DNA of 64,000 nucleotides from Candidatus Aenigmatarchaeota archaeon. GTDB taxonomy: Archaea > Aenigmatarchaeota > Aenigmatarchaeia > GW2011-AR5 > JACRMX01. This document shows, piece after piece, positions 19,982-28,498 of the stretch. Both the position numbers and the translations under genes were made by a program. The notes beneath the pieces were generated by a model that worked only from the letters and a program-made list of their open reading frames with translations, ran no database searches and was not told where the DNA came from. How positions within the stretch are numbered: the first letter of the stretch is position 1; the number at the start of each line of letters is the position of its first letter. The stretch spans positions 43,693-107,692 of the forward strand of contig JAGVVW010000001.1 of NCBI GenBank assembly GCA_018304635.1, read 5' to 3'.

Positions 19982-21193
19982 TTGCAAAAATCATTATATA
20001 ATCTAAATAATGGTGAAAATATATTTTCAGGTTATGTTGAACGCAAAAGCCTTTTTAAGAATAAAAGGGTTTTGTCATCAAGTTTTATTCCTGATAATAT
20101 ACCACACAGAGACGCTGAAATCAGTCAGATAAGTTCGATTATAGCGCCGGCTTTGCGCGGGTATACTCCGAATAATGTTTTTATTTACGGGACATGCGGT
20201 ACAGGAAAATCCCTGACAGTCCAGTTTGTTCTGAATCAATTACATGAAGTAAATAAGAATGCTGATAATGAAATCAAAAGCATGTACATTAATTGTAAAA
20301 TGAAAAAGGTTGCTGATACTGAATATAGGCTATTTGCTCATATGTTAAAAGAGATCGGCCACGATGTTCCAGATACAGGATTGCCAACAGATGTTTTATA
20401 TAATAAATTTTTCGAAACAATAGATTCCAAGAAACAGCTTATTATAATAATACTTGATGAAATAGATGCATTGTTTAAGAAAGTCGGGGATGAATTTCTT
20501 TATAATTTAACGCGAATAAATCTTGAACTTAAACAGGCACAGATAAGCCTAATCGGCATTACTAATGATCTATCATTTCTAAATGATCTGGATGCACGGG
20601 TGAAGTCTTCTTTGGGTGAAGAGGAAATTCTATTCAAGCCCTATAATGCTATGCAGCTTAAGGATATTTTAATGAATCGTGTTAAAGAAGGATTTAATCA
20701 AAGCGATATTGATAATGTTGTTGTTAATAAGTGCGCTGCACTTGCTGCACAAGAGCATGGTGATGCAAGACGGGCATTGGATTTATTACGTGTTGCCGGA
20801 GAACTGGCTGAAAGATTAGGAGACGTAAAGGTTGAAGAAAAACATGTTAATATGGCAGAAGAGAAAATTGACATTGATAAAATTATTGAAATAATAAAAA
20901 CCCAACCAAAACAATCACAGGCTGTCTTATATGCTATTATAAACTGCGATGAAAAATGCCTTACAGGAGACGTGTTTGAAAAATATAAAGATATTTGCCT
21001 GAAAAATAATATAAAAATTTTAACACAGCGGCGAGTCGGTGATTTGATAAATGAGATGGATATGTTGAGTATCCTCACATCCAAAGTTATAAGCAAAGGC
21101 CGTTACGGCAGGACCAGGGCAATATCGCTTTCTGTTTCTGATAATGTGTCAAACAAGATAAGAAACATACTTAAGACGAGATTTGAGTTATGA
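19982..21193 (+). CDS. cdc6: Orc1/Cdc6 replication initiator
   Basis: GTCGTGKS, ILDEID, RVKSSL, HGDARRALDLLR, GRYGRT. Confidence 0.97.
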   Translation: MQKSLYNLNNGENIFSGYVERKSLFKNKRVLSSSFIPDNIPHRDAEISQISSIIAPALRGYTPNNVFIYGTCGTGKSLTVQFVLNQLHEVNKNADNEIKSMYINCKMKKVADTEYRLFAHMLKEIGHDVPDTGLPTDVLYNKFFETIDSKKQLIIIILDEIDALFKKVGDEFLYNLTRINLELKQAQISLIGITNDLSFLNDLDARVKSSLGEEEILFKPYNAMQLKDILMNRVKEGFNQSDIDNVVVNKCAALAAQEHGDARRALDLLRVAGELAERLGDVKVEEKHVNMAEEKIDIDKIIEIIKTQPKQSQAVLYAIINCDEKCLTGDVFEKYKDICLKNNIKILTQRRVGDLINEMDMLSILTSKVISKGRYGRTRAISLSVSDNVSNKIRNILKTRFEL

Positions 21194-22278
21194 TAATGGA
21201 GAAATCTGAAATTGTTAAAAAATTTATGGAACGCGGCTATTTACTAAGCCCGGCGGCTCTTGAAAAAGTTGATGAAACAAATATCAACCGGCTTTTAGAA
21301 AAAACTTATGATAATCTGGTTTTGTGTGAAAATGATTTTGTTTTAGAGAAAAAACAGGAAAATTATTTTAAAATTCTGAAAAATCTGTCAGTAAAGCCGG
21401 ACAGCATCAATATCGGTGATGTGAGTAATTTTTATATTGATAAATATAAAAAAATGAGCAATATAATACGCATGCGAGTGCAGAAAAACTTCATATCCAT
21501 AAATAAAATGATGTCAGGGCAAAAAGGAAATGTTATAGGAATTATAAAGGATATCAAACCGCAAAACAATGGATATGAACTGACAATTGAAGATATTACA
21601 GGAATTATTATAGCCACAGCACAGAATTTATCAGAGGCTCTTGTAAATGATGTTGCTGCTTTTAGCATTGATGAAAACAGCAATTGTGAGATTTTATGGC
21701 CAGATGTTCCTATACGAACATCAGTGAAAGGTTTTGGTAAAATCTGCTTTATTTCAGATCTTCATCTTAATGAAATTGATAAAAAATCACACGAGCAGTT
21801 GTATGAATGGCTGTATAAAAACAGATTTGATTTTGTTCTGGTTGCGGGTGACATTGGTGATGTAGATGATTTTAAGAAAAATGTATCTAATATCCAGACA
21901 CAGTTTATAATAATTTCAGACCCGCATAAAACAAAAGACAATTATCCGAATACGGGCGGCGGCACTGAAGGAAATTTGATATGGCTGAGTAATCCGAGTA
22001 TGGTTGAAATAAACGGTATTGTAATTCTTATAATACATGAATTTGATAAAACAATGCTAAAGAAAAGATATCTCGGTTGCAGTCATGAAATACTACCTGA
22101 GGATTTTCTGGTTCTGGACATAATTCCGGATATTGTTCATTATGGTCACACACACCAGCCATTTATTGAACATTACAAATCCATTTCAATTCTTAACAGC
22201 GGCTCACTGCTTGAGGAATTCAGGCCTGTTATTCTAAATTTAGAGACAAGGGAAATTGAGTTCGGGAAGATATCGTGA
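21190..22278 (+). CDS. Short DNA polymerase D small subunit (DP1)-like protein
   Basis: N-terminal F..RGYLLSP, OB fold (IEDITG), ISDLH, GDIGD, NPSMV, IPDIVHYGHTH, NSGS. Confidence 0.85.
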   Translation: MIMEKSEIVKKFMERGYLLSPAALEKVDETNINRLLEKTYDNLVLCENDFVLEKKQENYFKILKNLSVKPDSINIGDVSNFYIDKYKKMSNIIRMRVQKNFISINKMMSGQKGNVIGIIKDIKPQNNGYELTIEDITGIIIATAQNLSEALVNDVAAFSIDENSNCEILWPDVPIRTSVKGFGKICFISDLHLNEIDKKSHEQLYEWLYKNRFDFVLVAGDIGDVDDFKKNVSNIQTQFIIISDPHKTKDNYPNTGGGTEGNLIWLSNPSMVEINGIVILIIHEFDKTMLKKRYLGCSHEILPEDFLVLDIIPDIVHYGHTHQPFIEHYKSISILNSGSLLEEFRPVILNLETREIEFGKIS

Positions 22279-22542
22279 ATCGCGTGTTGAAGCAAGTTGA
22301 AAATTTCTTTCAACAGCACTACGAATTGTGTAATCCTGTTCAATAAATTCTTTAATCAGGAAGAGATGTTTTTGATGTCGTTGTAATTTACTTAGTTTCT
22401 TATCCAGAAACACAGCTATGTCAATGTCGCTTAATGGGCCTTCCTCGTTTCTGGCAGACGAACCAAATAAGTATACCAACTTAATATATTTCTGTTTTTT
22501 CAGAAAACCCTTCAGCTGAACAAGTTTTGTTCTGGATATCAT
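22240..22542 (-). pseudogene. MNT / HepT(DUF86) deletion-fusion remnant
   Basis: YLFGSSAR...SDIDIAV joined directly to DYTIRSAVERNFQLA, then collides with the DP1 3' end. Confidence 0.75.
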
Positions 22543-22591
22543 GATACGATTTAGTTTGAAAATATAAATAAATATACCAATATAATTATAC

Positions 22592-23857
22592 ATGGGAAAT
22601 ATGAACAAACAAGAAAAAGAAACATTTGAAGAGACATCATACGCACTTTTCAGAACAGAATTGGATACATCAAGGTTTCATTCTCAGTATTACGCTTCTT
22701 TGAAGGATATGTGGAAGGAACAAATATATGCTCTGCGTGGATTTTATCAGGATTATTCAGAACATCTCAAAGGGTTTGAAGAGCCACAAAGATTCCTTCT
22801 GGAATATGTTTTAGCTACACGGGAATTTTTAAAATCCAGATTGGAAATACTCGGCGGCCAGGAAAAAGTGGAAATAGAAGAAATGACCGAAGGTGAAATG
22901 CGATTACCAAGATACCCGGGCTTCAGGCTCAAAGAATATATAGACAGAATGCCTCCAGGTGATTTCGAAATGATGTCTACAATGTTCAGAGAGGATTATT
23001 ATAATGCAGGAATGGAATATCCATTATGGATCGCTGATATAGTCGGAGAATTTTACCTGCGTTATTTTATAAAAGAACACGGTATTAATGCAGATTTATT
23101 CACACGCCACTCCGGGTGGAGCTCTTCTGGATTTACTACTCTATCAGCGGCAAATGATTCTGGAGCATCTATAATAGCAGACCCATTTGATGGCGTTACG
23201 CTATATTACTTTAATGAACGGAATATAGCAAGTGTTTCCATTACCCTGCATTCCGGAGCTGATACCTCTTGTGTAGTTGCCAGATTGTTTGACAACACCA
23301 TTTACTTTGCTGATAATCAGAATATATTTATCCGGTTTATATCAAAGGAAATGTTGAACCGAGGCAAAACAAACATAAATTATATAAAATCAGCCACATC
23401 TGAATATCAGAAACCCCTCGAGGATGCAAGGATCGAGATTGGAACAACGAATCCAAAGAGAATAGCATCATACAGACCTATTATACAGCACTTGTTACAA
23501 ACCAACCGAAAAGGAAGGATAGGAACTGATATTGGTCAATATGCACCCATGAAATTAGTAAAAGGAACATCTGATGTTGTATTGAATTTCATAAATGGTG
23601 ATCCTATTCATAAATGCATATACCTTTTCATACCACAGCAAGCAGGCATGGTTGTTCGGGATGTTCATGGACAGGTCTTCGATGTAATAGAACAGATTAG
23701 GAGATTAAAAGCTGACCCTCGTGCTAAATACGAGTTCACTGCTACGCGACCGGAATATTCTGATGCCACAACAAAACTCGTAGAGGAATTTCTTCCATAT
23801 ACCATTGTGGATTTAGATGATGCAGAAAGAGAGATATCAGAGTTATTCCGTTCATAG
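22592..23857 (+). CDS. Divergent inositol monophosphatase/FBPase-fold protein with N-terminal extension
   Basis: IIADPFDG; AGMVVRDVHG; other metal ligands not evident. Confidence 0.7.
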   Translation: MGNMNKQEKETFEETSYALFRTELDTSRFHSQYYASLKDMWKEQIYALRGFYQDYSEHLKGFEEPQRFLLEYVLATREFLKSRLEILGGQEKVEIEEMTEGEMRLPRYPGFRLKEYIDRMPPGDFEMMSTMFREDYYNAGMEYPLWIADIVGEFYLRYFIKEHGINADLFTRHSGWSSSGFTTLSAANDSGASIIADPFDGVTLYYFNERNIASVSITLHSGADTSCVVARLFDNTIYFADNQNIFIRFISKEMLNRGKTNINYIKSATSEYQKPLEDARIEIGTTNPKRIASYRPIIQHLLQTNRKGRIGTDIGQYAPMKLVKGTSDVVLNFINGDPIHKCIYLFIPQQAGMVVRDVHGQVFDVIEQIRRLKADPRAKYEFTATRPEYSDATTKLVEEFLPYTIVDLDDAEREISELFRS

Positions 23858-23868
23858 AGATGGTTTAA

Positions 23869-24987
23869 ATGGATTATCAGTTGGGTGATATAATACGGCT
23901 TCTTAAAGAGCAAAGCGAAAAGTATGGAATTGAAAGGGGATTTCTTAATAGGTTAAAAGACCTGATAAAAAGAGACAGAGAAGAAACAGATTATTATTAC
24001 TGTACAAGTGCAGAGGAAATATTCGAAACTGCCAGAATAGAAAGAATGCTTGAAATACCACATCTTGAATTCAGAAAACGAATGGGCCAGGGTTTGTTCT
24101 CAAAGGTTTATCTTGCATTTGACACCAGACATGATCAGTATGTTGCTGTTAAGGTACTGGAGGAACAGGAACCAGATGATAGAAGAAAAAATTTTCTTGC
24201 AAAAATGGGTTGTAAAACCATGCGTGATGTATGGGATAAAGAAATGAGCGTACTAGGAAAGTTAAGGGATAAAAAACATCCGAATATAGTTAATGTACAC
24301 GAAGACGGAGAAAAAGGTGGGTATTACTATATAGTTCTGGAATATTTTGAAAGAACACTTGCAGATATTATGTCAGAAGAGAGTGCTTTTTCGCCGCATA
24401 TTTTCACGCATTATTCAAGAGAAATTGCAAGTGCTTTGGCATATGTACATTCAATGAATTTGGTTCATGGAGATATTAAGCCGGAAAACATCGGTATCAG
24501 AAAAGATATTGGTAATGGTGTCATTCGTCTGGCAGATTTTGGATTTAGTTCTCTCGTATCCGGAGAAATAACAAATGATAGCAGGTATCATGACGCAGGT
24601 CTATTTACAACAGCTCCTGAATTGTTTGACCGTGGTGTGCGCATAATGCCATATTGTGATGTCTGGTCAGTCGGGTCTATAATGTACAGGATGTTGTTTG
24701 GCGAATACCCATTTATACCAAAGTGCGAAAAGCCTGGGACAGAATGGAGGAAGCTGTCTCCAGATGAAAGAAATAAAGTGAGGGATAAAGCTATACTAGC
24801 TTTGAGAAGTGAAGAAGAGTTCAGAAGAGTACACGCAAGAATTGACCATGAAGCAGGCGAATTTTCGTATATAATTAGGAGATGCTTGGATTTCTATCCG
24901 GAGAACCGGTATCCAGATGGTTCTGGTTTACTGGAAGATGTGGAAAAATTAACAAACACCGGGAATATTTCTACAATTCCATACTAA
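23869..24987 (+). CDS. Hanks-type Ser/Thr protein kinase
   Basis: GQGLFSKV, VAVK, HGDIKPEN, DFG, APE, DVWSVG. Confidence 0.96.
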   Translation: MDYQLGDIIRLLKEQSEKYGIERGFLNRLKDLIKRDREETDYYYCTSAEEIFETARIERMLEIPHLEFRKRMGQGLFSKVYLAFDTRHDQYVAVKVLEEQEPDDRRKNFLAKMGCKTMRDVWDKEMSVLGKLRDKKHPNIVNVHEDGEKGGYYYIVLEYFERTLADIMSEESAFSPHIFTHYSREIASALAYVHSMNLVHGDIKPENIGIRKDIGNGVIRLADFGFSSLVSGEITNDSRYHDAGLFTTAPELFDRGVRIMPYCDVWSVGSIMYRMLFGEYPFIPKCEKPGTEWRKLSPDERNKVRDKAILALRSEEEFRRVHARIDHEAGEFSYIIRRCLDFYPENRYPDGSGLLEDVEKLTNTGNISTIPY

Positions 24988-25888
24988 GTCTAAAACCAAG
25001 AATATTTGCAATTATCTGTGTTATAACCAGTACATAATGCGTTACTCTTACATCAGACCCGCATCGGGACTTGAAATTTTCATGGCATTCCTTTACTATT
25101 TTCTTTCTTTTTTCAAATATTTGATATAACTGATGTGTATCGAATTTATAGAAAATCCTGTTCATGTCGAGCAGAAGTTCATGCATATCCATAAATAAAC
25201 GAACGGTTTTTTTTGATAGGTTTTTGATGTTTTTATCCGATTCGTTTAAATAGAAGCACAGGTATTTAAGTTCGTCACCAATTCTTTCCAGCTCTTCGTT
25301 TGTGATGTACATATATGTATTGTTTTTGTAATCTTCCAGTCCATTTTTGTTTATAATTCTTCTACAGAAGTTTGTAGTCCGGTTTATGCTGTCTTCAAAA
25401 GGAAAAAGGCCCGGTATGCCATCATTACTTTTGTGTTCCATTGATTCGATTATTCCGGAGGAAAATAGCTTCAACAACACAAATGTTCTTCTCATCATGG
25501 TATTGAATTCTGTTTCCAGCGCATCAGCAATATTTTTAATTACACAACGGTCTCTCCCCTGTGATATTATTTCATAACCAACAAGAGCCTCTTGTATTGT
25601 TTTGTTAACAGGTATCATGAGTTTTGAATTTTCAAATTTTATATGAAGTTCATCATATCCTCTCCTGTACAAACCGCTCACAACTCTCGGAACAATTAGG
25701 TCTAATTTTGATATATCAATGCTCTTTGCCATTAAATCGGGTCTTTTTTTCGTTCCCAGGATAAGATTATACTCATGTTCAGTCATTTCAATCTCATCAC
25801 CTTTTTTCAGGTTGTATTTTCTCGCCCAACCTGAAGGTATGGAAACCATTAGAGTTGTCCCGCCCTGTTCAACTAACTTTCTTTTCAT
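24971..25888 (-). CDS. AbrB-PhoU family regulator
   Basis: RKLVEQGGTTLMVSIPSGWA; Y..GYD; ELERIGD. Confidence 0.92.
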   Translation of the reverse strand: MKRKLVEQGGTTLMVSIPSGWARKYNLKKGDEIEMTEHEYNLILGTKKRPDLMAKSIDISKLDLIVPRVVSGLYRRGYDELHIKFENSKLMIPVNKTIQEALVGYEIISQGRDRCVIKNIADALETEFNTMMRRTFVLLKLFSSGIIESMEHKSNDGIPGLFPFEDSINRTTNFCRRIINKNGLEDYKNNTYMYITNEELERIGDELKYLCFYLNESDKNIKNLSKKTVRLFMDMHELLLDMNRIFYKFDTHQLYQIFEKRKKIVKECHENFKSRCGSDVRVTHYVLVITQIIANILGFRLSMEL

Positions 25889-26045
25889 GTATTCAGTTTG
25901 TATAGTAAAAATTTAAGTTTTTCCCCAGACTTTATAGTTTTAAAGTAATTTATAGAATTTAATGATAATCTATATAGAAAGAGTTTAATATATATATAGC
26001 ATGGTTACAAGCTACATAAAACTGAATTCTTTACAACACACATAC

Positions 26046-26804
26046 ATGGAAAGTCATGATGTGGGTTTTTTTCTTCCGGGTTGGATGCAAAGAAATGAAA
26101 ATGTTGTTTTAACCAGCCCTCATGATGATGACGTTCTTTTTGGATGCGGCCTTATGCTTCAAATACTCAAGGAAGAGGGTGCTGAGATATATGTTGCTGT
26201 TATGACCAATGGTGATAAAGGATATTGTAACGAAGAAAGACTTGGGAAAAATAATATCGTAGAAGCGAGAAAAGAGGCAACCTTCAGAGCGTATGATGAG
26301 ATAGGAATCGATGCAAATCATTTAATACGTTTTGAATATCCGGATTCTGAACTTGCTTTTCATATAGACTGGAAGCTTATATCGAGAATGATAGAATTCT
26401 ACAGGAATGTTGATGCCACGAGATTGTTCGTTCCAAATGAAAATGATTTTCATATAGATCACAAGGTTTCATTCAATCCGGTTGGGATATATTGTGGTAT
26501 ACAGGCTAGCACGTCGATTCTCCCGGATCTGGGAGAGCCATGTAATATAAAGACTATACTCAGGTATCCGGTCTGGATGGATTTTGCTGGAAGTCCTTCA
26601 CATATTGTCACCACAGATATGGAAAAACAGAAAAGAAAAATACAGAGCATTGGTTGTTATAGAAAAGTTCAGCCACAGATGGCTGAAACAATCAGAGAGA
26701 TAGAGGAGCGTGGACCAAAAGAATATTTTCAAGAATATAAAATTGAAATGTTTTCGGCCAGAGAAATTGATGAAATGTTCGAGGAGAAGTATCATGCTGA
26801 GTAA
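26046..26804 (+). CDS. PIG-L/LmbE N-acetylglucosaminyl deacetylase
   Basis: SPHDDD, TNGD, R..E, HIDH. Confidence 0.9.
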   Translation: MESHDVGFFLPGWMQRNENVVLTSPHDDDVLFGCGLMLQILKEEGAEIYVAVMTNGDKGYCNEERLGKNNIVEARKEATFRAYDEIGIDANHLIRFEYPDSELAFHIDWKLISRMIEFYRNVDATRLFVPNENDFHIDHKVSFNPVGIYCGIQASTSILPDLGEPCNIKTILRYPVWMDFAGSPSHIVTTDMEKQKRKIQSIGCYRKVQPQMAETIREIEERGPKEYFQEYKIEMFSAREIDEMFEEKYHAE

Positions 26805-27489
26805 AAAATATTTGGTTGTTGAGCCACATCCGGATGATTTTATTCTTATGTTTGGCGGAACAGCTGCCCGTGCCTCTAAGGAGGGTCGTGTCTATGTTGT
26901 CACGCTTACAGGCGGCGGCCAGGCTGCATCATCTTCTGCTCAGGACAGCAGGCTGAAAGAAAAAAGAAAAACAGAATCACAGATAGTTGATGAAATCCTG
27001 GGAACAACGGAAAGAGTGATATTGCCATATGATACGAGAAAGATATGGGATAATAGTTCATGTGTATATAATGATATGATGAGGTTGATAAGGTATTATG
27101 CTCCTGATGTGGTTGTCGCCACGTTCAATGACAGACGCCATCCTGACCATATGTGGCTTGCTGAATTTATAGAGCCTCTGCTCTATCAGGTCGGAGAAAA
27201 TATAAGATTGGAAGAATTCGGGCCGCCTGTTTTTCCATTACTATGGTATGGCGAAAATCCAAGAGCACAGTTTCAATATCCAAATATATTCATTGACATA
27301 ACAGATAGCATGGAGAAAAAAACAAGAGCACTCGAAAGCCAGACATCTCAGATACCAATTCTCGGAGAGCATATATCATAGGATGTCAAAGCTCTCGCTG
27401 CTTACAGAGCAATTGGAATGGATGCAGAATACGTAGAAGCGTTTAAAGAAGTTCTCGTATACAGAAAACTGACCAGGGGTTTGATATCA
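26794..27489 (+). pseudogene. Second PIG-L/LmbE deacetylase with in-frame TAG (27379-27381)
   Basis: PHPDD, HPDH, DIT..MEKK..AL; family C-terminus ALAAYRA...YVEAF lies after the TAG in the same frame. Confidence 0.8.
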
Positions 27490-28461
27490 ATGAGTGAGTT
27501 AAACATGGAAACAGAGCTCTTCGAGGATAGAAGAGAAAAATATGCACCTGATTTTGGACAGTATGCTGCCTTTGTTTTGGCTGCTGTTCAGGGATCAATG
27601 GAAAAGATCAATGCTTTAGCATCCAAGGAAGGCACGCAAATTGTGGCAACAAGAACCGGTGATTATCGGCCTTTTGATCCTGATACATTGCGTGTTGATG
27701 AAGTAGCTGAAGGATATTTTTTCCAGAGAATCAGAGAAAGGAAAAGTCCGACCATTGTTATATCAGAAGAATTAGAGAAAGGAAGGGCAATACTTCCAGA
27801 AGGTGCTGACGAGAATGACGCAGACATTTACGCTGTTTCAGATCCATTTGATGGTTCATTGTTATATAAAAGACAAATACCAGTATTCTGGTACACCACC
27901 CTGGCATTTTATAGCAAGATCGGCATACCACTATCAGCAGCTGTTTGCGATGTTCTGAATCATTCTGTTGATTTTGCCAACGAAGAGCATGCATATAGGG
28001 CTCAGTTTGAAGATAGTAAATTGGTTTTTGTCAGAGATTTATGTCCTGCAGAAACAACAGATATTGACAGAAAAACCATCGTTGAGACCTATATGATGAA
28101 AGGTCATAGGATGTATCCTGCTAGTAGAATATGGGAGCCGTTGTTGTCCAGAGTTTTTATTTTACCAAATGGTGGGCCAGCTGGTTATGCTGATGTAGCA
28201 AAAGGTAATGTAGATATTTATTTGGCTCTGGAAGAAGCACATGTAGAAAATTTTTCAGCCCTGCCAGTAGCACGGAATTCAGGAGCAGTGGTGACAGACT
28301 TTGACGGCAATCCTGTAAAATTTGAAGACAAACCATTGAAAAAATACTTTATCCTATGCACAGCCAACCCGGAGTTGCATGATAAAGCATTGAAAATAAT
28401 CAGTGAAATAAACTGGAAGAATGAAGAATATTACAGAAAAATACTTGAACATCAGCAGTAA
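27490..28461 (+). CDS. Inositol monophosphatase/FBPase family phosphatase
   Basis: D..AE, ISEE, SDPFDGS, GAVVTDFDG; in frame with the upstream PIG-L. Confidence 0.88.
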   Translation: MSELNMETELFEDRREKYAPDFGQYAAFVLAAVQGSMEKINALASKEGTQIVATRTGDYRPFDPDTLRVDEVAEGYFFQRIRERKSPTIVISEELEKGRAILPEGADENDADIYAVSDPFDGSLLYKRQIPVFWYTTLAFYSKIGIPLSAAVCDVLNHSVDFANEEHAYRAQFEDSKLVFVRDLCPAETTDIDRKTIVETYMMKGHRMYPASRIWEPLLSRVFILPNGGPAGYADVAKGNVDIYLALEEAHVENFSALPVARNSGAVVTDFDGNPVKFEDKPLKKYFILCTANPELHDKALKIISEINWKNEEYYRKILEHQQ

Positions 28462-28498
28462 AGATTGGATATATATAATTTTCTCTCTAAAAATGTTT

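Noticed and set aside
1248-27489. Genome-wide stop-codon reassignment
   Set aside because: All three stop codons occur as interruptions, and each also terminates intact conserved genes (TGA: dnaG, cdc6, polB; TAG: HMGCS; TAA: thiolase)
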